Counted from the first letter of the stretch, positions 1 to 10,459 are shown. The stretch is 64,000 bases of DNA from an uncultured bacterium (GCA_963827235.1 CAWHAE010000016.1:96001-160000); one strand, 5' to 3'. Notes: generated from the sequence alone by a model not told the origin. A program made the numbers and translations.

Positions 1-2
1 CG

Positions 3-74
3 ACGGCCATCGTCTGCACCGGCGTCAAGAGCAAGAAGCACGCGCAGGCAACGATAGTGATCGTAGCCGGCTGA
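3..74 (+). CDS. 3' end of a CDS truncated by the window edge (…TAIVCTGVKSKKHAQATIVIVAG*)
   Basis: Open frame from base 3 to TGA at 72-74 with GC3-rich codons, followed directly by a strong hairpin. Confidence 0.45.
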   Translation, partial: TAIVCTGVKSKKHAQATIVIVAG

Positions 75-94
75 AGCCCACGACCGTCCGGTCT

Positions 95-142
95 GGGAGG
101 TTCCGGAGCTGAAGGCCGTGCTCGGCAGCTCCGGAACCTCCC
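95..142. terminator. Perfect 17-bp inverted repeat with 14-nt loop (terminator or REP-like hairpin)
   Basis: GGGAGGTTCCGGAGCTG (95-111) pairs with CAGCTCCGGAACCTCCC (126-142); lies between convergent genes; no U-tract. Confidence 0.6.
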
Positions 143-411
143 GCAGCCAAGAAGGGAGCACCGGCGAGTGCCGGAGGACGTCCCTGCCTGGCTGCTCGAC
201 TCGTCGCGCAGCCAAGCGGTGCGCTCGAGACGCTCGCCGTTCGGCCGCGGAGCCGCCGTGGCCTGCGAGCCGTGCGTCCACGCTCGATTGCTATCTATGG
301 GGGACGCGAGGGCTGGGTTCACCTCCGCCACGCCGGGCGGCGGGCAGGTCCCACCTACGTGCGAAAGCAGGCCGGAACGAGCCCGCGCGGGCCGATCATC
401 GAGACGCGCCG

Positions 412-843
412 CTACTGCTCGCTTCGAAGTAGGGCATAGGCGTCGTCCAGCGCCTCCAGCTGATCGGCAGTGTCTTCGAGCAGAGCCAGACGTGTATGCA
501 ACGACTCGTAGCGTTCAGCGATCTCGTCGTTCGGCGTGCCGACCGAGAGACCAAGCAGCCTGAGTGCGCTCAGACGCGAGTTATAGCGCGCTATCCATTC
601 GTTGCGCACCCGGTCGAGGTCTTGCTCCGAACGCGTTCGCGGCCTGCGGCGGCGTTCACCGCGTTCGCCGAGCGCCTGATCCGGCTGCCCGCGGCGTGGC
701 TTGCGCCAGAATGGTATGTACCAGCCCGTGTTGCGCCCGCCGGACGCCTGGCGACGCCGAGACGGCCGCCTGGCGCCGGACTCCGTCGAGGTTTCGTCGT
801 CAGCCAGGTTCGTGCTCCATCCACCTGCTAGCGGGACATCCAT
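412..843 (-). CDS. Hypothetical protein with a C-terminal J-domain-like helical region lacking HPD
   Basis: C-terminus ALRLLGLSVGTPNDEIAERYESL…LEALDDAYALL follows the J-domain pattern (LGV…EIKKAY…INEAYEVL); start uncertain (ATG 843 or TTG 849). Confidence 0.55.
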   Translation of the reverse strand: MDVPLAGGWSTNLADDETSTESGARRPSRRRQASGGRNTGWYIPFWRKPRRGQPDQALGERGERRRRPRTRSEQDLDRVRNEWIARYNSRLSALRLLGLSVGTPNDEIAERYESLHTRLALLEDTADQLEALDDAYALLRSEQ

Positions 844-1032
844 GGACAAGCCCGTTTCGCGGCATCGGACTCATCCATCCTTCGGCTTAAGGTAACACAC
901 CATGGTAGGCATGTACCTCCAGGATATCGACCACTACCTTCGGGCGCCGCATGGCCGTCCGGTGTGCCCCACGCGGGTGGTGCCGGCTCTACGACGAGCC
1001 ATGCCGGTTCCGACAGCGGCCAATCGCTTCCG

Positions 1033-1344
1033 TTATCCGGAACGCGGCAGATCCCCGCCAGCGGACCGGCAAGCGTATGGTATATCGTGCTCGACGCTCA
1101 AGGCGCCGGAACCCTCGCAACGGAGCGCGGCAACGCCATGGCAGTGCAGGCAGTGGGCACTCACCGTACCGTCGACGTCATAGAGCCATTCGCCCAGCCG
1201 ATGCCCGAACTGGCGAGCAGAGCACCGCAGCGCCATGCGCATGGCAGATGTCACGAGCTCGACGGGCGAGGCAGGTGCGGCGGCGCTGCCCGTCTCCGCT
1301 TCCAGGTCAATGCTGAGGAGACGGCCCGAAGACGGCAAATACAT
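1033..1344 (-). CDS. Small hypothetical protein, possible metal-binding (GHRLGEW…HCLHC…C)
   Basis: Clustered His/Cys residues and natural-looking composition; no family recognised. Confidence 0.4.
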   Translation of the reverse strand: MYLPSSGRLLSIDLEAETGSAAAPASPVELVTSAMRMALRCSARQFGHRLGEWLYDVDGTVSAHCLHCHGVAALRCEGSGALSVEHDIPYACRSAGGDLPRSG

Positions 1345-1831
1345 GGCATACTCTCAGCACGGCCGCTACGGCCCATCAGGTGCCAACCGTGCTCGCTCCC
1401 GGCTCCCATCGTCTCACGGGTCTAGAGCACGCCCTATACCCGATGGAGTAAGAGCCATGGGACTGCATCCGAAACGTCGGACGCGGCCATTGCCGTGGGT
1501 GCTGCCGGCAAAGTGCGTCGATTGGGCGCGCTCGCAGGCGCGGTGGACGGCGCCGCCGTACGGCCTGCCGAGGCGCCGGGTGCCAACGGTATCGCCCAGG
1601 AACCGGGCCGGTAATGTGCCGAGAGAGTGGCCGCACCCGGCATCGGCGATCCGGCCGACAACCGGCGCGGCGTGGTACGTTTCACTTGAAGGTCCTGCCC
1701 TGTCACGCCCGGGGGTTCGCGGGCGACTGAAACGGCAGACGTCCAGGCAGCGGGACGTGGGGACGCGGCAGTCGAGTATCTGGAGCCGGAGGATCTGGCC
1801 GGCACGGTGAGCATGAGCCGGTCACGGAGCA

Positions 1832-2353
1832 ATGCAGCCTCTTTTCGCGCCAGGTGAGCCATCCGAGGCGGCCCAGCCCACGTTCCTCGTGGACGAGAAC
1901 GTGGCCTCCCTGGCACGCCGGCTTCGCTGGCTCGGCTTCGACGCGATTACCGATCCGGCCCTCGACGACGGCGGCCTGGTAGCGCTGTCGGAAGCCGACC
2001 GCAGAGTGTTGCTTACTCGCGACCGCGGCATACTGCTCCGGCGGCCGATCGCGCTGGGCCGCGTTCAGGCGCTGTGGATCGCGAGCGACAAGCCGTGGCT
2101 GCAGCTGGCCCAGGTCGTGCGGGACCTCGGCCTCGACCCGATGCGCCAGGCTTGCACGCGCTGTGTGCGCTGCAACGTGCCGCTTCAACCCGTGTCTCGC
2201 GAGGCGGCGGCCGCGGACGTGCCCCCGTATATCTCCACCACGCATACGCACTTCACTCGTTGTCCCCGCTGCCGGCGCTACTTCTGGCGCGGCTCGCACT
2301 GGGAACGCGTGCGCACCTACCTCAACCGGCACCTCAATCCGGCTGAGGACTGA
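1832..2353 (+). CDS. Mut7-C RNase domain protein (PIN-like plus zinc ribbon, DUF82-like)
   Basis: FLVDENVASLARRLRWLGFD, LLTRD, RCVRCN and RCPRCRRYFWRGSHWER motifs. Confidence 0.88.
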   Translation: MQPLFAPGEPSEAAQPTFLVDENVASLARRLRWLGFDAITDPALDDGGLVALSEADRRVLLTRDRGILLRRPIALGRVQALWIASDKPWLQLAQVVRDLGLDPMRQACTRCVRCNVPLQPVSREAAAADVPPYISTTHTHFTRCPRCRRYFWRGSHWERVRTYLNRHLNPAED

Positions 2354-2401
2354 CGCATAGGCATGGATGCCGGGCGGCCGCCCGTATCGGCATCGAGCCG
2401 G

Positions 2402-3413
2402 TCAGCGCCGCGCCACCTGAAGGTCTCGCTCGCGCGGCAGTCTGAACCAGAATCTCTTCGCAGGCGGAGCGCACCTCGTCGTCCAGGGCCGTTTCCACGC
2501 CCGCCAGGCTCTGCTCGAGCTGCTCGGGCCGGCTGGCACCCACGATGGCGCACGTCACGCCCGCCCGAGCGAGGACCCAGGCTAGGGCGACGTGCACGAG
2601 CTTCAAGCTGCGCGCTTCCACGAACGCGTCGAGCTCGTCCACGAGGTCGAACACGTCTTCCTTCCAGTAGCGGCGCCGGTACAGTTCGCCGGCGCCGGTG
2701 AGAGCAAACCGCGTGCCCTCCGCGAGGTCGCGCGCGCGCCGGTAGCGGCCGGTCAGCATACCTCCGGCCAGCGGGTTGTACACGATGAGGCCCACGCCAT
2801 GCTGCAGGCACAGCGGCATGATCTCGTCCTCGATCATCCTGAACAGCATGTTGTAGCGCGGCTGATCGCAGTCGAAGCGGGCCAAGCCATGCAAGGCGCT
2901 CGTCCAGAGCGCGTCGGCTAGCCGCCACGCGGGATAGTTCGAGCAGCCGATGTAGCGCACCTTGCCGCTCTGCACCAGCGAGTCCAGCGCCCTTAGCGTC
3001 TCCTCGATCGGCGTATTCGGATCCGGTGAGTGAACCTGGTAGAGGTCGATATAGTCGGTGCCGAGCCTGCGCAGGCTTGCCTCGCAGGCAGCAATGACGT
3101 GCTTCCGCGAAAGGCCTTCGTCGTTCGGCAAGGAGCCCATGCGGCCACAGCACTTGGTGGCCAGCACGACGCGCTCTCGAGCCTGCCTGTCTTTCAGCCA
3201 ATTACCGACGATCTCTTCTGTCCGCCCCACGGTGGTCAGCGTGCCGCCAAGCGGATACACGTCGGCCGTATCGAAGAAGTTCACGCCCGATCTGTCGGCC
3301 ACGTCCATAATGGCGAACGCCGCCGGCTGATCTGCCTGATTGCCGAAGGTCATCGTGCCCAGGCAAACCTCGCTCACCTTCAGCCCGGTACGGCCGAGTT
3401 GCTTGATCTTCAC
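2402..3413 (-). CDS. Aldo/keto reductase with an apparent +1 frameshift near the C-terminus
   Basis: LGRTGLKVSEVCLGTMTFG, FFDTADVY, LATK, DYIDLYQVH, GKVRYIGCSN. Removing one base at 2451-2452 gives EEIWFRLPRERDLQVARR* ending at 2402 and removes the overlap with the Mut7-C gene. Confidence 0.9.
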
Positions 3414-3810
3414 GTCGTGTCCTCCGCTCATCTCTCCTGCACCACCGGCCTGGCATCGGACAGCACAGCCGGACGATGGCTACTTCCAGTAGCATGCTAG
3501 ATACGCGTCTCGCGAATGCGCAAGGGGGCGACGTGCTCGCTTCCATACTCGAGCCACGCTGAACAGCGCACGGGCGGACTGAATTCCGCACTGGGCGGGC
3601 CGTGAGCAACCCGGGGACGAATCCCGGGGCATTGCCGCGGTGTCTCACTCGAGTCATGGAATCACTACGTTCGGCGCTATCCAGGCCAAGGAGGAACCCG
3701 CAGGGAAGCAGTGAACTCCGCGCTTGACGCCTGATGACGCGCATCGGCACAGGTGTGCTGGGGCATCGAAGCATCTTCGCCGGCACTCTGGGTCCCGACG
3801 TGGTCCGAAT

Positions 3811-4953
3811 TCAGGCGACGAGATTGTCGACGATCAGTCTTGCCGCCGCCGTGCAGCCGCGCACGAAGCCGAACAGCGGCCCCAGGTCTCGCGTTGCGGC
3901 AAGGCCCGTGAAGTAGAGGCCGGGAACGGTCGACTGCATGGCGTCGTCGAGCACGGGAAAGCCGTCGACAATCCGCAGGCGCGCCGCGACAGATTTGCTG
4001 CTGACCAGCGCCAACCTCGAGACGTCGACCACGTAGCCGGTGGCAAACAGCACGAAGTCGACACGCAGACGCGACTGGTTGTCCAGGACCACGTCGATCT
4101 GACCGTTCGGCGCCATGCCGTAGCCCGTGATGCTGCGATGCGGCCACGACAGAATACCGCCTCGACCGAGCCGATCCCACAGCCACGGCTCCAGCTTGAG
4201 CCTGGCCTCCTCCCAGAACTGCCTCTCCACCGCCTGGCGGTCGCGGTCGGACAGCTTGCGATACCATCCGGGCTCGGAGAGCATCTCGGCGACGTGACTG
4301 TCTATCCACGACCAGTCCGAGGGCGCAAAGCGGGGCATATCGTGCCGGTACACGACGTGCACCTCGGCACCGCACTCCTCGTTGATCAGTGCCGCCCACT
4401 CGAATGCACTCTGCCTGCCACCCACTATAAGGCACCTCTTGTCCCGCAGCGCCGTGAAATCCACCAGGTCGCAGGTGTGGGCATACCGGTCCGCGGGAAG
4501 GCTCGCCACGAGTTCCTGGGGAACATGCTTGTAGTCCTTGTATCCTGTGGCCATCACCACGTTGCGGGCGACTACATGATCCCCTGACACCAGGTCGGCC
4601 GTGAAACCCGAGTCCGTGGCAGTTAGTGAGGCCGCGAAGTCCGGTACCACGTCAAGCGTGTTCTGGGTTAGAAACCACTCGGCATAGTCGAGGAACAGCC
4701 TCACGGGAATGGGCAGCACGCTCGAAGGTTGCAGCGCCCGTTCGTGCAGAAACGCTTCGAGGGTATAGATCTCGTTCGGATCGAGGTGCCAGTCGAGGCC
4801 GGAGCGAAGCAGCATACGAGGCGGCATGTTGTGCTTCCAGAAACCCATGGGCTCACCGAGGATCCGGCAGCTACATCCTCGGGATCGCGCGTAAGCCGCA
4901 ATGGCCAACCCGTTGGGCCCAGCGCCGATAACCAGCAGGTCGACGCTCTTCAT
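3811..4953 (-). CDS. FAD/NAD(P)-dependent oxidoreductase (flavin monooxygenase-like)
   Basis: VIGAGPNG FAD motif, VMATGY, IVGGRQSAFE, FATGY, PGLYFTG. Confidence 0.85.
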   Translation of the reverse strand: MKSVDLLVIGAGPNGLAIAAYARSRGCSCRILGEPMGFWKHNMPPRMLLRSGLDWHLDPNEIYTLEAFLHERALQPSSVLPIPVRLFLDYAEWFLTQNTLDVVPDFAASLTATDSGFTADLVSGDHVVARNVVMATGYKDYKHVPQELVASLPADRYAHTCDLVDFTALRDKRCLIVGGRQSAFEWAALINEECGAEVHVVYRHDMPRFAPSDWSWIDSHVAEMLSEPGWYRKLSDRDRQAVERQFWEEARLKLEPWLWDRLGRGGILSWPHRSITGYGMAPNGQIDVVLDNQSRLRVDFVLFATGYVVDVSRLALVSSKSVAARLRIVDGFPVLDDAMQSTVPGLYFTGLAATRDLGPLFGFVRGCTAAARLIVDNLVA

Positions 4954-5121
4954 CGCGCATCCGTCCTCTCGAGCATGTCAGGCATGTGGTTGTGCCGGCG
5001 GCCCAACGCCTGAACGCCGAACCGGCTCGGCGTTGTTCCACCGCGGGCACGGCTGGTCACAACCTAGCACGCCGGGCCGCCGGCGATCAACAGGATGTTG
5101 GTGCCGTCTCGCGCCGCTCAC

Positions 5122-5913
5122 CTACATGGAGCCGAGAAGGACGCGCTCGAGCGTTGCCGCGAACAGCACCGGGTCGCTGCGAAACGCGTTATGTCCCTGG
5201 CCCGTCAGGCTGATGAGCTCGCCGTGTGTCAGTGATCCAGCCACCCACTCGGCGGCATCCCGCATCTCAGGAGAGCTCGAGGTACCGGCCAGCACTGTCG
5301 TGTGCACATGGACCCGCGAAAGGCTCAGATCGAACAGATCTCGACCGGCAACCATCTGCGCATCGTAGGCGACGGTGTGGGCCATGGCGAGGATGGCGGG
5401 CCAGGCGCCCGAAAGGCGAAAGCGCGAAATCTCCTCTTCGGTGAGGCAGGGACCCTCCCGCATGAACGTCTGTACGGCCGCCTCGCCATTCCCGGTCTCC
5501 AGCAGGTCCAAAAGGCGAGCGGCAAGGTCGACGTCGTGTTTCATCCAGCCGCGCCTCACCGGTGGCTCGTAGAGCACCAGGTGCGAGACGCTGTTCCCCA
5601 GCCGTGCGGCGGCGATAAGGGAGCAGACGGCGCCAGAGGAGTGCCCGAGCAGGTGCACCGGGCAGTCCAGCGACCGGACCACAGCCTCGACGTCCTCGAC
5701 CTCGCGCAGCGGCGAATAGGGAGTGGCATCACCGCTACCGCCTCGCCCGCGTCGATCGAGGCAGTACAGCGTGAATCGTCGCCGCAGGATCGGCGCCACG
5801 TCGTGCCAACAACGGCGGTCGGTCAGCGCGCCATGCACGAGCACCAGTGCTGGACCGCCACCCGACTGCTCGACGGCGATCGACGTGCCGTCGGCCGACT
5901 TTACGGTTTTCAA
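5122..5913 (-). CDS. Alpha/beta hydrolase
   Basis: LVHG, DRRGRG, GHSSG nucleophile elbow, LYEPP, C-terminal GQGH. Confidence 0.9.
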   Translation of the reverse strand: MKTVKSADGTSIAVEQSGGGPALVLVHGALTDRRCWHDVAPILRRRFTLYCLDRRGRGGSGDATPYSPLREVEDVEAVVRSLDCPVHLLGHSSGAVCSLIAAARLGNSVSHLVLYEPPVRRGWMKHDVDLAARLLDLLETGNGEAAVQTFMREGPCLTEEEISRFRLSGAWPAILAMAHTVAYDAQMVAGRDLFDLSLSRVHVHTTVLAGTSSSPEMRDAAEWVAGSLTHGELISLTGQGHNAFRSDPVLFAATLERVLLGSM

Positions 5914-6141
5914 GCTCGTTCAGACCTCTTTGCAGGCGACACACACAAAGCTACCGGCGCAGTGCGCCTGCTGTGGGAATCATACAGACATGGCGATCAG
6001 CGCGGGTCACAGGCGAGTGCGCGAGCGTTCGGGCGCGGGCGTTTCGTCCGGTACCCCAACTGGTGAGGGACAAAGAGCTAGGAAAATCGCGTGCGCAGCG
6101 CATCATTGCACTGTATAATTGGGGCGATTTGGAGGTACGCG

Positions 6142-6774
6142 ATGTCGACGATCGAAGAGTTGAGGGAAGCAGTCGGCGAAGGCCAGGCGAAAGTCGCGGC
6201 GGCCAAGGTGACGCAAGGGCTGGCCGAGGGTGTGGGCGCCGGTACGCTACTGCAAGAAGGACTGATCGCCGCCATGGCATCGGTCGGCAAACTCTACGAA
6301 GAGGGCGAGATATTCGTCCCTGAGATGCTCGTCGCCGCAAGGGCGATGAGCGCCGCACTCGCCGTACTGAAGCCGCACCTGATCGAGCAAGGCGTGAAGT
6401 CGGCTGGCAAGGTCGCGGTCGGCACCGTACAGGGAGATCTGCACGACATCGGCAAGAATCTCGTCGCCATGATGCTGGAGGGTTCGGGATTCGAGATCGT
6501 CGACCTGGGTGTCGACGTGCCCCCGGAGAAGTTCGTCGAAGCAATTCGGAATGGGGCGAGAGTCGTGGCGATGTCAGCGCTGCTCACGACCACGATGACC
6601 AACATGAAGCGCATTATCGAGGCCATCGAGGCGGCCGGCTTGCGAAAGCAGACTGTGATCATCGTGGGCGGCGCGCCGATCACCCAAGCCTACGCCGACC
6701 AGATTGGAGCGGACGGCTATGCGTCGGATGCGTCGAGCGCCGTGCGCATGCTTCGCGAGGTGCTGGCTGCATGA
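6142..6774 (+). CDS. Stand-alone corrinoid (cobalamin-binding) protein, cap plus B12-binding domain (MtaC/MetH B12-module family)
   Basis: GDLHDIGKNLV (DxHxxG), MSALLTTTM, VGGAP, IFVPEMLVAARAM; GGAGG RBS at 6131; TATAAT at 6114. Confidence 0.93.
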   Translation: MSTIEELREAVGEGQAKVAAAKVTQGLAEGVGAGTLLQEGLIAAMASVGKLYEEGEIFVPEMLVAARAMSAALAVLKPHLIEQGVKSAGKVAVGTVQGDLHDIGKNLVAMMLEGSGFEIVDLGVDVPPEKFVEAIRNGARVVAMSALLTTTMTNMKRIIEAIEAAGLRKQTVIIVGGAPITQAYADQIGADGYASDASSAVRMLREVLAA

Positions 6775-7222
6775 GCGGACTCGCTCCCGCATGGCACGGC
6801 GTGGGCACGAGAGATGGTGCGCACGCACTGTCGTATTGCGCACGTCAAAATCGGTGTCGCGTAATCCGCTTGTCATCGGTTTGACGGAATGTACCGGTGT
6901 ATACTTGGCAAAGCGTCGGGGCAGCCGCCGAGATTCCGGATCTGCGCGGTGAAGTCCAACGGGACGGAATCGTGAGCAAATCATGAAAGTGACGCAGTTT
7001 CTTCGACGGCCGAATGAAAAAGGTGTATTCTAGACTCACCCGGGACGGCTTGCGGCAGATCTCGGGAAGCATGGCCCGATGACGGGGTCCCGTCCATCGA
7101 CTTCCTGAAGGGAGGTGGACCACTCAAGCACTCTGGAGTCCTTATCCCTTTGACGTCGAGTACACTGCTTTAGGCAGCCGAGTGCCGTGGAAACGCGGTT
7201 GTTCTGGCATAAGGAGACTGTA

Positions 7223-8293
7223 GTGAGCAGAGACATTGACCTGGAACTTCATGGCAAGCACCTTCGCGATGTGAGCCGGCGTGATGTGTTGGCGACGATG
7301 GCCAAGCTCGGGGTCGGTAGTGCCCTCGGTGCCGCCGCGTTGACCGGCGACCCCATGCGGGCACTGGCAGCGGCTGCCAGCGAGCATTCGTACGCACATC
7401 CCGCTTGGAAGTTCGTCTTCGTCAACCACGTCACGACGAATCCATTCTTCACGCCGACGATCAGCGGCGCCACCGACGCCTGCAAGCTCTTCGGGTGCAC
7501 GTTCCAATGGACCGGCTCTGCGACATCAAGCGTTGCACAGATGGTCAGCTCGATCAGCACTGCCGTGGCCGGTAAGGCCGACGGTATTGCCACGACGGTC
7601 ATCGATAAGGTGGCCTTCGACAAGCCGATCGCCGACGCCACCGCCGCGGGCATTCCCGTGGTGTCCTACAACGCCGACAACAATCCGCTGAACGATCGTC
7701 TGGCCTACATCGGGCAGGATCTCTTTGCGTCCGGCCAGGCCATGGGCCAGAAGATTCTGTCGCTGGTCAAGCCCGGCGGGAAGGTCGTCATCTTCATCGC
7801 CACTCCCGGCTCCGGCAACATCCAGCCGCGGGTCGACGGCGCGAAGGCCGTGATCGGCACCAAACTGTCAGTCGACGTCGTGGCCAGTGGCGCCGCCATC
7901 GCCCAGGAAGCCGCGACGATCGAGTCCTATTACCTCGGCCACAAGAGCATCAACGGCATGTTCGCAGTCGACGGCGGCAGCACCTGGTATACCGGTGTGG
8001 TCTCCAAGAAGTATGGCCTGCATGCCAAGGGCGTTGCCAGCGGCGGATTCGACCTGCAGCCGGGGACGCTCGACGCGCTCGCGTCCGGCGACATGGACTT
8101 CACCATCGACCAGCAGCCGTACCAGCAGGGCTTCCTGCCGGTCTTCTACCTGTGGCTGTACCATCTGTCGGGTGGTCTGCAGTCGCCCTCGACGACCAAC
8201 ACCGGCCTGAAGTTCGTCACCAAGGCCAACATTGCCGGCTACCGCACCGCGAACTATTTCGAAGGCGGAGCCAAGACCGTCAGCCCAGTCTGA
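7223..8293 (+). CDS. Sugar ABC transporter substrate-binding protein (RbsB-like, CUT2) with Tat signal
   Basis: SRRDVL twin-arginine motif, NPFF, YIGQD, GGFD, DQQPYQQG; AAGGAG RBS before GTG 7223. Confidence 0.9.
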   Translation: MSRDIDLELHGKHLRDVSRRDVLATMAKLGVGSALGAAALTGDPMRALAAAASEHSYAHPAWKFVFVNHVTTNPFFTPTISGATDACKLFGCTFQWTGSATSSVAQMVSSISTAVAGKADGIATTVIDKVAFDKPIADATAAGIPVVSYNADNNPLNDRLAYIGQDLFASGQAMGQKILSLVKPGGKVVIFIATPGSGNIQPRVDGAKAVIGTKLSVDVVASGAAIAQEAATIESYYLGHKSINGMFAVDGGSTWYTGVVSKKYGLHAKGVASGGFDLQPGTLDALASGDMDFTIDQQPYQQGFLPVFYLWLYHLSGGLQSPSTTNTGLKFVTKANIAGYRTANYFEGGAKTVSPV

Positions 8294-8310
8294 CCATAGG
8301 GTTACCGGCG

Positions 8311-8351
8311 GCCGGCTCGCGGGCAGCGTCACTAGCTATCCGCGAGCCGGC
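8311..8351 (+). terminator. 12-bp stem hairpin downstream of the binding-protein gene (mRNA stabiliser or partial terminator)
   Basis: GCCGGCTCGCGG (8311-8322) pairs with CCGCGAGCCGGC (8340-8351). Confidence 0.55.
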
Positions 8352-8573
8352 GCCCTGGGAAAGTCCCAGACCGTGGCCGGTGGTCGGCCAACAGGGATGT
8401 GTTCCAGACTCAATCCGGCGTGTGATTTCGGGCGCAAAGGCGAACACAGTCTCCCTGTCACCGGGATCGGGTTGCAGTCGGGAGCTGGCCAGGTGGTAGG
8501 TGTTCGGGAGCCGGTAGCGCTCCTCTACTCGGTAGATACGTTCGACCGCTGGTGATAAGGATGACATGATCAT

Positions 8574-9647
8574 ATGGCCGCTCAAGTTGCTACCGCGAAC
8601 AAGCCCGACCTGATGCACACGATCGCCGCGCTGCCTCTAAAGTATCGCGAGATCAGCGTCGGCGTCGTGGCGGTGATTGTATGCGTGGTCTTCCAGGCCA
8701 TCAACTCGAATTTCTTCAGCCTCAACGAGATGGCCAACATCCTGCGGCTGACCGGCCAGTATGGCATACTCGCCCTGGCCGAAGTACTGGTCATGATTAC
8801 CGGGGAGATCGACCTGTCCGCCGCGAAGGTGTATGGCATTGCGCCGTTCGTGATGTACTTCTTCTACAATGGCTTTTCTCTACCCTTGATCTTCTTCACT
8901 GTCAGTATTCCTGCCACTCCTCTGGTGATTGCGTTCGCTCTGGCTGTTCTCGCCGGCGTGCTAATCGGCTTTGTGAACGGCTTCGTGACCGTGCAGTTCG
9001 GCGTGCCCTCGCTGATCACGACCCTGGGCACGTTCTTCTTCCTGGACGGCTTTACGAACTACATGGCGAACAGCCAGCAGCTTCCTCAGGCGTATCCGGA
9101 TCCGTTCAATCGCTTCTTTGGCTATAACCTCTATACGCCCGATACCGGATTCCAGCTTGCCTATCTCACCAGTATTTCCATATTCATCTGGGCTGTACTA
9201 GGAGCTCTGGCCATCACCTACATGCTCAAGAAGACGGTGTTTGGCCTGCACACGATCTCGGTCGGCAGCAACCTGGAAGGTGCCAAGGAGATCGGTGTCC
9301 GCGTGCAAAGAACCAAGATTTGGAACTTCATGCTTGCCGGCGGGCTCGCCGCGTTCGCGGGTATCCTCTTCGCGGTGCTCAATACTGAGACCGACCCCAG
9401 CGCCGGAGATCCGAGTCTGAACCTCTACGCGATTGCCGGGGCCGTGATTGGAGGCACCTCGCTGTTTGGCGGCTCGGGAACAGCGATCGGCGCCATCCTC
9501 GGCGCTTTCGTGATCGCATCACTCAGCCAGGGCCTGCCCCTGATCGGTGTCTCCGCAAACGTCTCCAACATGATTGTCGGTATCGCGATCCTGCTCGCGA
9601 TGATATTGAACATCTACCTCGATCACTTCAGGGCGCGGAGGGGATGA
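8574..9647 (+). CDS. Sugar ABC transporter permease (RbsC family)
   Basis: Multiple TM segments, GEIDLS, VPSLITTLG, GSNLEGAKEIG, AVIGGTSLFGGSG. Confidence 0.92.
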   Translation: MAAQVATANKPDLMHTIAALPLKYREISVGVVAVIVCVVFQAINSNFFSLNEMANILRLTGQYGILALAEVLVMITGEIDLSAAKVYGIAPFVMYFFYNGFSLPLIFFTVSIPATPLVIAFALAVLAGVLIGFVNGFVTVQFGVPSLITTLGTFFFLDGFTNYMANSQQLPQAYPDPFNRFFGYNLYTPDTGFQLAYLTSISIFIWAVLGALAITYMLKKTVFGLHTISVGSNLEGAKEIGVRVQRTKIWNFMLAGGLAAFAGILFAVLNTETDPSAGDPSLNLYAIAGAVIGGTSLFGGSGTAIGAILGAFVIASLSQGLPLIGVSANVSNMIVGIAILLAMILNIYLDHFRARRG

Positions 9648-10459
9648 TGGCGACCCAAGATACGACGCTCCAGTCGAGCATCGACCAGGGGCAGGTAATC
9701 TACGAGGCCCAGCACGTCAGCAAGAGCTTCGGCGCCGTAACGGCCCTCCGCGACGTGAACATGAAGCTGCACCAGGGCGAGGTGCTGGGGTTGGTCGGCG
9801 ATAACGGAGCCGGCAAATCCACGTTTATCAAGATCCTTACCGGCTTCCACGCGCCCGACTCCGGTCACCTGATTTTCGAGGGTCACCCGATCAAGCTCGG
9901 TTCTCCCACCGACGCACGACGAATCGGCATTCAGACGGTGTACCAGGATCTGGCGCTGATCAAGGATTTGAGCGTCTATCACAACATGTTTCTGGGGCGC
10001 GAGCTCCGGCACTGGTGGGGCCTCGACAATCGCGGCATGCGCCGCCAGACAGTCGAGGCGTTGGGCAGGCTCGGCATCAAGCTCACCTCGGTGGAGAGCA
10101 CGGTCGAGCGCCTATCAGGCGGCCAGCGCCAGTCGATCGCCGTGGCGCGCTCGGTGTTCTCGAATCCAAAGGTGCTGTTCCTGGATGAGCCTCTGGCCGC
10201 GTTGGGCGTGCGTGAGGGCCGGCTGGTGCTGGATCTCGTTCTGGAACTCAAAGCACGGCGCGACGTGTCCATCATCCTTATCGCGCACAATTACAGCCAG
10301 GTCTTTGAAGTGTGCGATCGAATCAACTTCTTGAGCGGCGGCCGGATCGTCTACGACACGTATACGAAGGACACGAGCGTCGCCGAACTGGTCGACCTGG
10401 TCTCGGCGGGCTACCGCCGTGGCGCATCGTCAGGCGCCGCTGCGGAGGGCACGGCCTGA
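9644..10459 (+). CDS. Sugar ABC transporter ATP-binding protein (single domain)
   Basis: Walker A GDNGAGKS, LSGGQRQ, LDEP; ATGA coupling to the permease. Confidence 0.93.
   Translation: MMATQDTTLQSSIDQGQVIYEAQHVSKSFGAVTALRDVNMKLHQGEVLGLVGDNGAGKSTFIKILTGFHAPDSGHLIFEGHPIKLGSPTDARRIGIQTVYQDLALIKDLSVYHNMFLGRELRHWWGLDNRGMRRQTVEALGRLGIKLTSVESTVERLSGGQRQSIAVARSVFSNPKVLFLDEPLAALGVREGRLVLDLVLELKARRDVSIILIAHNYSQVFEVCDRINFLSGGRIVYDTYTKDTSVAELVDLVSAGYRRGASSGAAAEGTA

Noticed and set aside
1345-1830. Possible decayed SDR-like gene (fragments PGANGIAQE and YLEPEDLAGTV)
   Set aside because: Matches are short and interrupted by stops; too weak to call without a search.
3570-3630. Degenerate tRNA (T-arm-like and anticodon-arm-like hairpins)
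   Set aside because: No TTC in the loop, a 6-nt second loop, and no D-arm or acceptor stem.
3700-3745. Fluoride riboswitch suggested by CTGATGAC
   Set aside because: The required upstream GGnGAUGG-type stem is absent and no fluoride-related gene is adjacent.
5914-6141. Cobalamin or SAM riboswitch upstream of the corrinoid gene (also checked 17132-17395)
   Set aside because: No B12-box or S-box consensus seen, and the -10 elements lie close to the start codons, leaving very short leaders.
6845-6905. LacI-type operator (TGTACCGGTGTA and nearby ATCGGT repeats) upstream of ABC-1
   Set aside because: Imperfect palindrome, no matching copy seen before ABC-2, and no regulator gene in the window.
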